Source of the DNA: Sandarakinorhabdus sp.
Lineage (GTDB): Bacteria > Pseudomonadota > Alphaproteobacteria > Sphingomonadales > Sphingomonadaceae
Assembly (NCBI RefSeq): GCF_040398665.1
Contig: NZ_JBBATQ010000006.1
Coordinates: 104,665-168,664 of the forward strand
Length of the DNA: 64,000 nt
Direction of reading: 5' to 3'
Below the pieces are notes generated by a model that worked only from the letters and a program-made list of their open reading frames with translations, was not told where the DNA came from and made no database searches. Every line of letters begins with the position of its first letter. Position 1 is the stretch's first letter. A program made the translations under genes and the position numbers. Below, in pieces: positions 55,306 through 64,000 of this stretch.

Positions 55306-57363
55306 ATGATGAACCGCCTGTTCCTGTCCGCCCTGCTGCTGTGCGCAGCCACCACCGCTGCCGCACAGACCGAAGACGCGCTGATCACCGTCACCGGCAA
55401 GGGCCTGAAGGACCTGCCCGGCGATGCCGCGCTGTCGCTGGTGGTGATCGATCGCGACCGTATCCTGAATTCCGGATCGAACCGGCTGGAATCGGTGCTG
55501 GCCGATATCGCCGGGCAGCAGCAGTTCCGCCGGTCCGACAGCCGGTCCGCCAACGCCACCAGCCAGGGCATCACCCTGCGCGGGCTGGGCGGCAATGCCT
55601 CGTCACGCGCGCTGCTGGTGCTGGATGGCGTGCCGCAGGCCGATCCGTTCGGCGGCTGGGTGGCGTTTCCGGCCTATGCCACCGGGCGGCTGGAGCGCAT
55701 CCGGGTGACGCGCGGCGGCGGATCGGGATACTGGGGTCCGGGCGCGCTGGCCGGCACCATCGAACTGGAATCGGTGGGCGGCGCGGCGCTCACGCCGTTC
55801 ACCGGCGGCATCGCCTATGGCAGCCGCAACAGCCTGGATGCGCAAGGATCCTTGGGCCTGAAGCGCGATGGCGGTTTCGCCACGCTGTCGGCCGCTTATG
55901 GTCGCGGTGACGGCTTTGTGCCGATCGTGGCGCGCAGCCGCGGGGCCGCCGATCGGGCCGCACCCTATGAGCAGGCGAGTGCAAACCTGCGCGTCGTGAT
56001 CGGCATCGCACCCGACACCGAAGCACAAGTGACGGCCACCGCCTTCACCGACAGCCGGGAACGCGGCACCCCGTTTTCGCGCAACACATCGGAAGGCGCC
56101 GATGCGGCGCTGCGCCTGGTCGGGCGCGGGCGCTGGGGCTGGCAGGCGCTGGCCTATGTGCAGACGCGCAATTTCACATCGGATTTCGCCGCCGTGAACG
56201 CGACGCGCACGGCCGCCACGCAATCACTGGCGCAATATGACACGCCGGCCACCGGCTGGGGCGGGCGGCTGGAAGTGGCGCCGCCGCTGGGCGAGGCCAT
56301 CACGCTGCGGCTGGGCGCCGACACACGGGCCCTGACCGGCCAGACCATGGAGCTGTTCACCTATGTGAACGCCGCCCCTACCCGCCAGCGCGAAGCCGGC
56401 GGGCGCAGCACCACCAGCGGCGTGTTTGCCGACGCCAGCATCACCGCCGGCATCGTCACGCTGACGATTGCGGGGCGGCTGGATTGGTGGACGATCAAGG
56501 ATGGCCGGCTGCTGGAAACCACCATCGCCACCGGCGCGCCGTTCACCACCCTGTTGTTCGCAGACCGGTCCGGTGAGGAAATGACCGGGCGTGCCGGGGT
56601 GGCGGTGCAGGCTGCCGACTGGTTGACCCTGCGCAGCGCCGCCTATCGCGGCTGGCGGCTGCCGACCCTGAACGAACTGTATCGCCCGTTCCGCGTTGGC
56701 CCGGATGCGACCGCTGCCAATGCGCTGCTCAGCCCGGAACGCATCACCGGCGTGGATGCCGGCCTGACGCTGAAACCGGCGCGCGGTGTGGAAATCGGCA
56801 TCACCGGTTTCTGGAACCGCATGGACGACACCATCGCCAATGTGACCGTGGGCAGCGGGCCGGGCAATTTCACCGGTGTCGGCTTTGTGGCGGCGGGCGG
56901 CTTCTTCCGGCAGCGCCAGAATCTCGATGCGCTGGAGGTGTGGGGCTGGGAAGTCGATGCGCGGCTGCGGCGCGGGGCCTTTGGCCTGACCGCAAGCTGG
57001 AGCCATGTCGATCCGGTCATTGCGGCCAGCGGCGCCGCCGCCCCGCTGAATGGCCTGGCCCCGGCGCAGACGCCGCGCGACCAGTTTTCGGGCACGGTGG
57101 ATTACAGCGGCAAATTGTTCACCGCCTCGGCCACGCTGCGCCACATCGCCAGCCAGTTCGAAGATGATCAGAACGCGCGGACGCTGGGCGCGGCGACCAT
57201 GGTCGATGCATTGCTGGTGGTGCCGGTGGTCAAGGGCATCGCCGTTGAGGGCCGGGTGGAGAATCTGTTCGACGCCGAAGTTCAGGCCGCGCTGTCCGGC
57301 ACAGGCGTGATCGAACGGGCCTTGCCGCGCACCCTCTGGGTGGGCGCGCGGATGAATTTCTGA
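55306..57363 (+). CDS. TonB-dependent outer-membrane receptor
   Basis: Signal peptide, plug motifs (ITVTGKG; GITLRGLGGNASSRALLVLDGVP) and terminal ...LWVGARMNF. Confidence 0.9.
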   Translation: MMNRLFLSALLLCAATTAAAQTEDALITVTGKGLKDLPGDAALSLVVIDRDRILNSGSNRLESVLADIAGQQQFRRSDSRSANATSQGITLRGLGGNASSRALLVLDGVPQADPFGGWVAFPAYATGRLERIRVTRGGGSGYWGPGALAGTIELESVGGAALTPFTGGIAYGSRNSLDAQGSLGLKRDGGFATLSAAYGRGDGFVPIVARSRGAADRAAPYEQASANLRVVIGIAPDTEAQVTATAFTDSRERGTPFSRNTSEGADAALRLVGRGRWGWQALAYVQTRNFTSDFAAVNATRTAATQSLAQYDTPATGWGGRLEVAPPLGEAITLRLGADTRALTGQTMELFTYVNAAPTRQREAGGRSTTSGVFADASITAGIVTLTIAGRLDWWTIKDGRLLETTIATGAPFTTLLFADRSGEEMTGRAGVAVQAADWLTLRSAAYRGWRLPTLNELYRPFRVGPDATAANALLSPERITGVDAGLTLKPARGVEIGITGFWNRMDDTIANVTVGSGPGNFTGVGFVAAGGFFRQRQNLDALEVWGWEVDARLRRGAFGLTASWSHVDPVIAASGAAAPLNGLAPAQTPRDQFSGTVDYSGKLFTASATLRHIASQFEDDQNARTLGAATMVDALLVVPVVKGIAVEGRVENLFDAEVQAALSGTGVIERALPRTLWVGARMNF

Positions 57364-57364
57364 G

Positions 57365-57409
57365 GAATCTCACGCCCTCCCACTTGCGGGGAGGGCGCCG
57401 AAGGGATTC
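57365..57409. repeat. REP-like nested hairpin element (copy D)
   Basis: Inner stem CGCCCTCCC/GGGAGGGCG (57373-57381/57389-57397) and outer stem GAATC/GATTC (57365-69/57405-09). Starts immediately after the receptor stop. Confidence 0.7.
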
Positions 57410-57428
57410 ACGCAAAAGGCCATACATT

Positions 57429-57722
57429 CTACGCCATCGCCACCGCCGTCGGCTGCACATTGGTGAAATTGGCGACATCGGCCATCACCTCGCCGGCGCC
57501 GGCCACCTGCATGGCGGCGCCCAGCGCGGCGGCGTCCGTAAAGGTCAACAGGCCGACACACAGCGTGGGCGCATCGGGCGCCAGCGGAAACAGCGCCTGG
57601 CTGCCAGTCATGCCGGCGGGGCCGAAGTGCTTGGCCGCCAGCGGCAGATGCACGTTGACATAATAATCCCGGTCAAATGTCGCGCCGGGCTGCGCCACAT
57701 AGGTCACCACCAACGTTGCCAT
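57429..57722 (-). CDS. EthD-family (TIGR02118-like) small protein
   Basis: 97 aa from MATLVVTYVAQPGATFDRDYYVNVHLPLAAKHFG.. AAGGGG lies 7 nt upstream. The upstream part of the 282-aa ORF is rejected. Confidence 0.6.
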   Translation of the reverse strand: MATLVVTYVAQPGATFDRDYYVNVHLPLAAKHFGPAGMTGSQALFPLAPDAPTLCVGLLTFTDAAALGAAMQVAGAGEVMADVANFTNVQPTAVAMA

Positions 57723-57863
57723 GATCATTCCCCTTTTTAAGCCGGGCCAGCATAGCAGCGCGGGAATTACGCGGACTTGTCGATATGGGGAGGGGGAAAG
57801 CCCGTATCGACAGCGACGCGCCAAGCGCCTAGCCGACACCGACGCATGCCCGGGAGACACGCC

Positions 57864-58403
57864 ATGAGCCGATACAGCAAGGTCGCCATCACATTGCACT
57901 GGCTGATGGCGGCGATGATCATCGGCAACCTGGCCGGCGGGCTGCTGCATGATTTCGTGCCCACCGCAGGCGGCCAGCGCCTGTTCGTGATGAACCTGCA
58001 CAAAAGCTTTGGCTTGACGATCCTGGCGCTGACGCTGGTGCGCATCGGCTGGCGGCTGTCCCACAAGCCGCCGGCCCTGCCCGGCTATTTCACCAGCGGC
58101 GAGCGCGTGCTGGCCAAGGGCGTGCATCTTGCCTTTTACGCCGCGATGCTGGCGCTGCCGTTGTCGGGCTGGATCATGGCCGATCGCAATGCGCGCGGCC
58201 AAAGCTGGTTCGGCCTGTTCGAAGTGCCGAAGTTCGGCGTGAGCAAGGCGGTGGCGGAAACATTCCACGAAGCCCATGAGATCCTAGGCTGGACGATGCT
58301 GGTGCTGATCGCGCTGCACATTGCCGGCATCATCAAGCATATCGTGCTGGACCGCGACAATCTGCTGCCGCGCATGGGCGTTGGACGCGCGCGCCGGGCT
58401 TGA
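57864..58403 (+). CDS. Cytochrome b561 family membrane protein
   Basis: [16 protein letters not shown]..., four TM helices with conserved His residues (HW, LHKS, HLAFY, ALHIAG). Confidence 0.85.
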   Translation: MSRYSKVAITLHWLMAAMIIGNLAGGLLHDFVPTAGGQRLFVMNLHKSFGLTILALTLVRIGWRLSHKPPALPGYFTSGERVLAKGVHLAFYAAMLALPLSGWIMADRNARGQSWFGLFEVPKFGVSKAVAETFHEAHEILGWTMLVLIALHIAGIIKHIVLDRDNLLPRMGVGRARRA

Positions 58404-58434
58404 CCGCTGCGGCCCTGGGCCGCCATCACGGGGC

Positions 58435-59121
58435 ATGGCCGAACCGCTGAAACTGCAGGAAAGCTGGCGGGCGCCGCTCGCCGACCAATTGGCGTCACCG
58501 CAGATGTCGGCGCTGAAGGCGTTTCTGCTGGCCGAACGCGCCGCCGGCAAGACGATCTTCCCCCGGGGCAGCGAATGGTTCCGCGCGCTCGATCTGACCC
58601 CGCTGGATCAGGTGCGCGTGGTGATCCTGGGGCAAGACCCGTATCACGGCCCCGGCCAGGCGCATGGCCTGGCCTTCAGCGTCCGGCCCGGCGTCCGGGT
58701 GCCGCCCAGCCTGGTGAATATCTACAAGGAATTGCAGACCGATCTCGGCATTGCGCCAGCCCGGCACGGGTTTCTCGAACATTGGGCGCGGCAGGGCGTG
58801 CTGCTGCTCAACACCTGCCTCACCGTCGAACAGGGCCGGGCCGGCAGCCACCAGGGCCACGGCTGGGAAGGCTTCACCGATGCGGTGATCCGGCTGGTGG
58901 CGGCGCGCGCTCCGTCTTGCGTCTTCCTGCTGTGGGGCAACCATGCGCAGAAGAAGGCGGGCTTTGTGGATGGCAACCGCCATCTGCTCTTGAAGGCGCC
59001 GCACCCGTCGCCGCTGTCAGCCTATAGTGGCTTTTTCGGCTGCCGGCATTTTTCCCGCAGCAGCGATTGGTTGGTGTCACACGGCATGCCGCCAATCGAT
59101 TGGGCGCTGCCGCCAGCCTGA
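58435..59121 (+). CDS. ung: Uracil-DNA glycosylase (family 1)
   Basis: [31 protein letters not shown] and HPSPLSA motifs. Confidence 0.95.
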   Translation: MAEPLKLQESWRAPLADQLASPQMSALKAFLLAERAAGKTIFPRGSEWFRALDLTPLDQVRVVILGQDPYHGPGQAHGLAFSVRPGVRVPPSLVNIYKELQTDLGIAPARHGFLEHWARQGVLLLNTCLTVEQGRAGSHQGHGWEGFTDAVIRLVAARAPSCVFLLWGNHAQKKAGFVDGNRHLLLKAPHPSPLSAYSGFFGCRHFSRSSDWLVSHGMPPIDWALPPA

Positions 59122-59221
59122 TGTCGCGGCCGCTTTCGGCCCGCAAATTTCTGTCGGGGCCGCAAGGCTTGTCAGGCGAAGGGCGTTGCGCCAGACATTG
59201 AAGACACGGCGGGAGCAGGCG

Positions 59222-60088
59222 ATGATGCGACAGGGGATATTGGCTGGCCTGGCAGCACTGGCCCTGGCGGGCAGCGCACTGGCGCAACCGTCACCGCTGT
59301 TCACCGATCCGCCGACCAGCCTGTCGCCGCGCGCGCGCATGGAGGTGCTGCACATCGCTTCCGGCGCCGTGGAGATCAACGGCGTCGCCTATCTCGCCGC
59401 CGGGCCGGGCCCGCATCCCACCATCGTCATCTGCCATGGCTGGCCGGGCAACGAGAAGAATCTCGATCTGGCGCAGGCGTTGCGGCGGGCGGGGTGGAAC
59501 GCCATCACGTTCAACTACCGCGGCAGTTGGGGCAGCCCCGGCGTTTTTCGCTTTGCACAGAATCCGGATGACGCGCGCGCCGTGCTGGCGCATCTGCGCG
59601 CGCCCGACGTGGCGGCAAAGCTCGGCATCGATCCGCGCCGCATCGTCCTCGCCGGGCACAGCATGGGCGGCTGGGTCGCGGCAACTGTGGGCAGCGACGA
59701 TATCGGACTGGCAGGCGTCGTGCTGATATCGGCAGCCAACATGGGGATGGTCGGCGCGCAACCACGCGCGCGGGTGGTGGCACAGGCCGCCGGCAACAGC
59801 GAGGCGCTGGCCGGCACATCGCCCGAAATCCAGGCCGACGAATTGATCGCCGGCGCCGCCCGTTTCGATCTGCGCCCGCGCGCCGCGGGCCTGGCCCGCC
59901 AGCCGCTGCTGGTGCTGACATCCGATGACGGGCTGAAGCCGTTGACCGACCCGATCGTCGCGGCGGCCCGCGCCGCCGGTGGCAGCGTGACCGAAGCCCA
60001 TCAAGCCACCGATCACAGCTGGTCGGATGCCAGGCTGACGCTGGCCACGCGCATCCACGCCTGGTTGCAGGCTCTGCCCGCCCGCTGA
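59222..60088 (+). CDS. Exported alpha/beta hydrolase
   Basis: Start MMRQGILAGLAALALAGSALA (signal peptide). HGWPGNEK and nucleophile elbow LAGHSMGGW. Confidence 0.75.
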   Translation: MMRQGILAGLAALALAGSALAQPSPLFTDPPTSLSPRARMEVLHIASGAVEINGVAYLAAGPGPHPTIVICHGWPGNEKNLDLAQALRRAGWNAITFNYRGSWGSPGVFRFAQNPDDARAVLAHLRAPDVAAKLGIDPRRIVLAGHSMGGWVAATVGSDDIGLAGVVLISAANMGMVGAQPRARVVAQAAGNSEALAGTSPEIQADELIAGAARFDLRPRAAGLARQPLLVLTSDDGLKPLTDPIVAAARAAGGSVTEAHQATDHSWSDARLTLATRIHAWLQALPAR

Positions 60089-60121
60089 TGGGGTCCGCCG
60101 TTCGGCTGCGGTCAGCGCAGA

Positions 60122-61480
60122 TCAGTCGGCCATATAGGCATCCAGCGTCGCGTGATAATGCCGGATGCGGCTTTCCTGATAACGCGCCAGGGTGACGCCC
60201 GGTTTGCGGGTGGCGCGCAGGCCCTTCTGGATGCGCATCAGATTGTCGGTATCCTGATCCGCCACCATGGCCGCCGAGCCAAGTTCGGGCGCGTCGCTCC
60301 AGTTCTGATCGGGGCCGAGCATCGTCATCTTGGCCGGCGTGGGGTGGGAACCGTCGGGCGCCTTCGAAAACAGGAACATGATTTCCATGATCGAGCTTTC
60401 CGGATCATCGCCGTTCGGCCTGAACCGATAGGTGATCGGCAAGGCCTGCCCACCCCACGGCACCATGTTGGGGAACAGCATATATTCGATCAGATCGAGT
60501 GATTCCGAATCGGACAGGTCCGACATGTCGCGCCCGATGCTGCGGGAGATTTTTTCCCGGGCGCGTTCGGCGAGTTTGCCGCGTGCGGTCTCGCCTTGCG
60601 CGACTTCGATGGGCCTGCCCGCGAAAAACGGCACGTCGCGGCGCATCTCCGCAATGGTGCGCTCCGGCGGAATGCCCTTCATCGATGGCGAGGGCACCCC
60701 CTGCACGCTGATCATCCGGCTGACGTGACGCACATCTGGCCAGATATCATATTGGGTGTTGGTATCGCCATAATAGCCCATCACCTGGGGGTGGGCGACG
60801 CTGACATGATAGGCTTCGACAAACGCCTCCATCGCCAGTTTCCAGTTGCACGGCATGATCTTTGCAACGTGCGCGGCGACATAGCGATCTTCGAGATTGA
60901 ACGCTTCGAAATGGGCGGGAAGATTTTCAAGATAATCCGCCAACGGCGGGCAATCAGGATCGAAGTTGACGAAGACGAAGCCACCCCAGATGCCCACCTT
61001 GGCTTCTGGCAGGTTCAGGCTGGCCTTGTCGACATGGGGGAAATCCCACTGCCCGGGGATGATCGACAGGGTTCCGTCGAGCTTCCAGGTCCAGCCGTGG
61101 AACGGGCAGCGCAGTTGGTGGACGCAGCCGCCTTCGGTGCGCAGCAAGGTGCCGCGGTGCAGGCACGCGTTCACATAGGCGCGAATTTCGTCGGGCGCGG
61201 TGCGGATGACGATCAATGAATCGTGCACGATTTCGTAGATCATATGATCGCCGACATTGGGAATATGTTCGACGCGGCACGCCAGTTGCCAGCATTTGCG
61301 CCAGACCTTTTCGACTTCGCGGTCATGCCAGGCTTTGCTGAAATATCGTTCGATCGAGACGTCCGCCAAACTCTGGCCCTGCGCAGGCGATTCCACGCGC
61401 ATGACGGCCGGCGGCGGATTGGTGTCGCCTTCGAACACCTCCTGCACCGAAGGTCCCGGGCGCCGCGCGATGATGTCCAT
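60122..61480 (-). CDS. Rieske (2Fe-2S) aromatic-ring-hydroxylating oxygenase, alpha subunit
   Basis: Rieske motif CLHRGTLL...CPFHGW and a mononuclear-iron region EAYHVSVAHP. Start at MDIIARRPG with a GGGGAGAAAG Shine-Dalgarno sequence. Confidence 0.85.
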   Translation of the reverse strand: MDIIARRPGPSVQEVFEGDTNPPPAVMRVESPAQGQSLADVSIERYFSKAWHDREVEKVWRKCWQLACRVEHIPNVGDHMIYEIVHDSLIVIRTAPDEIRAYVNACLHRGTLLRTEGGCVHQLRCPFHGWTWKLDGTLSIIPGQWDFPHVDKASLNLPEAKVGIWGGFVFVNFDPDCPPLADYLENLPAHFEAFNLEDRYVAAHVAKIMPCNWKLAMEAFVEAYHVSVAHPQVMGYYGDTNTQYDIWPDVRHVSRMISVQGVPSPSMKGIPPERTIAEMRRDVPFFAGRPIEVAQGETARGKLAERAREKISRSIGRDMSDLSDSESLDLIEYMLFPNMVPWGGQALPITYRFRPNGDDPESSIMEIMFLFSKAPDGSHPTPAKMTMLGPDQNWSDAPELGSAAMVADQDTDNLMRIQKGLRATRKPGVTLARYQESRIRHYHATLDAYMAD

Positions 61481-61530
61481 GTCTTTCTCCCCGTTTGCTG
61501 TCCCGCAAACGCGCTGGTACCACGGTGCCC

Positions 61531-61992
61531 ATGGATAGGCTCGCACACAAGCATCTTGTCACACTGACTCTTGCGGTCGATTTTCGCGCGATGCTGTCGA
61601 TCGGCAAGACGCCGGCAGGCCTGCGCCGCATCGCGCCGGTGATCGGCGGGCAATTTGTCGGCGAACGGCTTGGCGGCAAGGTGCTGCCGGGGGCGGACTG
61701 GGTGATCAATCGCCCGGATGGCGTCATGGTCATCGATGTACGCCTGGCCCTCGAAACCGCAGATGGCGCGTTGATCTACCTCACCTATCAGGGCCGCTTC
61801 CTGGCGGAGCCAGAGGCCATGGCGCGCTTTGGCAGAGGCAAGCTGCTGGAGCGCAGCGAATATTCGCTGGCGATTGTAGCACGCTTCGAATGCGGCGATG
61901 AACGCTACGCCTGGCTCAACAATGTCGTCGCCGTGGGCACCGGCGAACAGACGTTGGCGGGGCCGATCTATACGATTTTCGAAATCGGCTGA
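61531..61992 (+). CDS. DUF3237-family protein
   Basis: GKTPAGLRRIAPVIGGQFVGERLGGKVLPGADWVINRPDGVMVIDVRLALETADGALIYLTYQG is the typical DUF3237 pattern. Confidence 0.7.
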   Translation: MDRLAHKHLVTLTLAVDFRAMLSIGKTPAGLRRIAPVIGGQFVGERLGGKVLPGADWVINRPDGVMVIDVRLALETADGALIYLTYQGRFLAEPEAMARFGRGKLLERSEYSLAIVARFECGDERYAWLNNVVAVGTGEQTLAGPIYTIFEIG

Positions 61993-62039
61993 GGCAATTG
62001 CCTGACGTCCATCCCGCGGGCGGAACAGCAGGGCGCGAA

Positions 62040-62061
62040 TTCGAATCGTTCAGGGCGCGCC
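62040..62061 (+). repeat. Direct repeat of the tRNA-Arg 3' end (T-loop to acceptor), att-like
   Basis: TTCGAATCGTTCAGGGCGCGCC versus the tRNA segment at 22921-22942, TTCGAATCGTTCCGGGCGCACC. 20/22 identical, first 12 nt exact, same orientation. Confidence 0.45.
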
Positions 62062-62343
62062 TGCTGGCATTGCTGCCAGTTTCAGTCCCATGGCGCGAAT
62101 GACGCCGAGCACAGTGGCCAGTTCCGGCCGGCCCGTGTCTGACAGCGCACGATAGAGATTTTCCCGCTGCAAGCCGGATTGCCGGGCAACATCGGTCATG
62201 CCTTGCGCCCGCGCCAGCACGCCCAGGGCATGCGCCACCACGGCGGCATCGCCAGTGGCCAGCGCATCGCTCAGATATTCGGCTTGCGCCGCCTCATCGT
62301 CCAGAAAGGGCGCGGCATCGAAGGGGATTGTTGTCACCGCCAT
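62050..62343 (-). CDS. HTH antitoxin (addiction-module antidote, HigA-like)
   Basis: 97 aa from MAVTTIPFDAAPFLDDEAAQAEYL...ARAQGMTDVARQSGLQRENLYRALS. Lies immediately downstream of the toxin gene. Confidence 0.75.
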   Translation of the reverse strand: MAVTTIPFDAAPFLDDEAAQAEYLSDALATGDAAVVAHALGVLARAQGMTDVARQSGLQRENLYRALSDTGRPELATVLGVIRAMGLKLAAMPAGAP

Positions 62344-62348
62344 TTGCT

Positions 62349-62645
62349 TCACTCCAAATCTGCCAGCATCGCCTTGGCGCGGGCGATATCCCGGCTTTGG
62401 CTGCCCTTGTCCCCACCGCACAGCAGGACAATCACCACGTCCCCCCGCCGGGCAAAATACACGCGGTATCCAGGTCCATGGTCAAAACGCAATTCCGCCA
62501 CACCATCACCGACCGGCTTCCAATCGCCCAACAAGCCCAATTCCACCCGCGCCAACCGCCGCCCGATGATCTTGCGCGCGCCCATATCTTTCAGCTTCGC
62601 CAGCCAATCAGCGAAGGCCAGTGTTTGCCGAACTTGCAGCACCAT
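62349..62645 (-). CDS. RelE/ParE-superfamily toxin (addiction-module killer, HigB-like order)
   Basis: FADWLAKLKD..A...I..RLARVELGLLGDWKPVGDGVAELRFDHGPGYRVYF....DVVIVLLCGGDKGSQSRDI is the typical family pattern. Confidence 0.75.
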   Translation of the reverse strand: MVLQVRQTLAFADWLAKLKDMGARKIIGRRLARVELGLLGDWKPVGDGVAELRFDHGPGYRVYFARRGDVVIVLLCGGDKGSQSRDIARAKAMLADLE

Positions 62646-62755
62646 GACTGTATCCTATAACATACAGTCCGAGGCCTGCACCAGCCCCCTCGCATAAGGC
62701 CGCGCACGCGCACGCGTGATGCGATAGGGAGGTCCATCAGGCAGGGGGAATGCAC

Positions 62756-64000
62756 ATGGACAGCGCAGACATGATCGAGCTTTCGGCAAGCGCGGCCGTG
62801 GCGGCGATGCGAACGGGTGAGATGACGGCGCTGGACTATGCCGAAGCGCTGCTGGCGCGCTGCGCGGCGGGTGCGGCGCTCAATGCCTTCATCACGCTTG
62901 ATCCTGATGCGGTGCGCGCCGCGGCGCGGGCGGCGGATGCGCATCGGGCAGCGGGCGGCGTACTGGGCGCGCTGCACGGCCTGCCGATCCCGGTGAAGGA
63001 CAGTGTCAACACCGCCGGCATCGAAACGACAGCGGGCACCAAAGCCCTGCGCGGCTGGATTCCGGCGCGCGATGCCACCACCATCGCCCGGCTGAAGGCC
63101 GCCGGCGCCCTCGTGCTGGGCAAGACCAATATCCACGAGCTGTCATTCGGCTGGACCAGCAGCAATCTGGAATTCGGCGCGGTGCGCAACCCCTATGACC
63201 CGTCGCGCATCCCCGGCGGATCGTCGGGTGGCACCGCGGCGGCAGTGGCGGCGCGGATGGCCCCGCTGGGCGTGGCCGAAGATACGCAGGGCTCCATCCG
63301 CGTGCCGGCGGCGCTGTGCGGCATCGCCGGCTTCCGCCCGACCACGGGCCGCTATCCCACCGATGGCACCGCACCGATCACGCCCTTGTTCGATCAGATC
63401 GGGCCGCATGCGCGATGCGTTGCCGATCTGGCGCTGTTCGATGCCGTGGTGAGCGGCGACATGGAACCGATCGAACCGGCGGCGCTGGCGGGCCTGCGCA
63501 TCGGGCTTGATCGCAATTTCTTCTTTGACGGCATCGACGCCGAAGTCGCTGCGCTGACGGAACAGGCGCTGGCGCGGCTCGCTGCGGCGGGGGCGGTGAT
63601 CGTCGAGGCGCCGGCGCCGGGGCTGGACGGGGTCATCCCGGTGGCCATGGCGATCCAGGTGCATGATGTGGTGCCGGCGCTGGAACGCTATCTGCTTGAA
63701 TCAGGCGCACCGGTCGATTTCGAGACGATGTTTGCCGGCGTCAGCGCCGATGTGGCTGCTGTGTTCACCCAGATGGCGCTGCGCGGTGCGCCGTCGGCAA
63801 TTACCGGAGAACTCTATGCCGCCGCCCGCGACGTGGCGCGGCCGGCACTGCAGCAGGCGATGGCGGCCTGGTTCGCCGAGCATCGCATCGATGCCATGCT
63901 GCTGCCAGCAACAATGGTCGCGGCCACGCCGATCGGCGATCAGAGCAATATCGAGATCGGCGGCCTGTCCGTATCGTTCACCACCGCCATCGCCCGCAAC
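62756..64000 (+). CDS. Amidase-signature enzyme (partial; continues beyond the window)
   Basis: Not in the ORF track because there is no stop. I translated it from ATG 62756 (GGGGGA 7 nt upstream): MDSADMIELSASAAVAAMRTGEM...GLPIPVKDSVNTAGIETTAGTKAL...GGSSGGTAAAVAA...DTQGSIRVPAALCGIAGFRPT. Confidence 0.85.
   Translation, partial: MDSADMIELSASAAVAAMRTGEMTALDYAEALLARCAAGAALNAFITLDPDAVRAAARAADAHRAAGGVLGALHGLPIPVKDSVNTAGIETTAGTKALRGWIPARDATTIARLKAAGALVLGKTNIHELSFGWTSSNLEFGAVRNPYDPSRIPGGSSGGTAAAVAARMAPLGVAEDTQGSIRVPAALCGIAGFRPTTGRYPTDGTAPITPLFDQIGPHARCVADLALFDAVVSGDMEPIEPAALAGLRIGLDRNFFFDGIDAEVAALTEQALARLAAAGAVIVEAPAPGLDGVIPVAMAIQVHDVVPALERYLLESGAPVDFETMFAGVSADVAAVFTQMALRGAPSAITGELYAAARDVARPALQQAMAAWFAEHRIDAMLLPATMVAATPIGDQSNIEIGGLSVSFTTAIARN

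Noticed and set aside
62032-62061. Interpreting the tRNA-like repeat purely as a bidirectional terminator hairpin (GGCGCG...CGCGCC)
   Set aside because: This is not fully rejected and is kept as the alternative explanation. The stem is only 6 bp with an 18-nt loop and no U-tract, so it is a weak terminator. It does not explain the 12-nt exact identity to the tRNA T-loop and T-stem.

Overview
This is a high-GC, densely coding chromosomal segment that looks alphaproteobacterial, probably from a sphingomonad. That guess rests on the PEPxxWA-type sorting signal, REP-like hairpins and codon bias. I support about 65 CDS, one tRNA-Arg(ACG), several repeat and regulatory elements and one recombinase remnant. 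I saw no rRNA, CRISPR array, intact IS element or intact integrase. Most long ORFs in the six-frame track are antisense shadows typical of high-GC DNA. Several true genes start well inside the listed ORF.

Gene content, left to right:
- MacB-type ABC pair and an M20 lipoprotein peptidase
- a copper-resistance operon (glutaredoxin-MauE fusion, copA, copB) with a divergent CueR-like regulator and a MerR-type promoter
- DSD1-family enzyme and RidA, then PEP carboxylase
- an srs-like type III polyketide synthase operon
- tRNA-Arg followed by a ~4 kb AT-richer islet
- phenylalanine hydroxylase, TrmH and AlkA-like genes, and a LytS/LytTR two-component pair
- VapBC
- a 2Fe-2S subunit with two tandem Mo-subunit paralogs
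- a cytochrome c / PCuAC / DUF2946-like copper cluster
- tdk, glutathione peroxidase and an aminotransferase
- an ABC-MFP-TolC operon followed by a TonB-dependent receptor
- ung, a Rieske oxygenase, a HigBA-like toxin-antitoxin pair and a partial amidase

Candidates most worth follow-up:
1. The ABC protein of the ABC-HlyD-TolC operon (51.0-55.3 kb) has lost every ATPase motif but is otherwise intact.
2. In the tRNA-Arg islet, a conserved 17-bp palindrome sits at the same distance upstream of two PEP-CTERM-type genes. The islet also encodes an orphan receiver protein and a putative HTH protein.
3. A 22-nt copy of the tRNA-Arg 3' end lies 39 kb downstream, abutting a toxin-antitoxin pair.
4. The srs-like phenolic-lipid operon.
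5. A duplicated CxAEHAAMGHC motif flanks an in-frame REP-like hairpin inside copA.

All functional calls come from reading the translated sequence and recalling family motifs. No database search was run.
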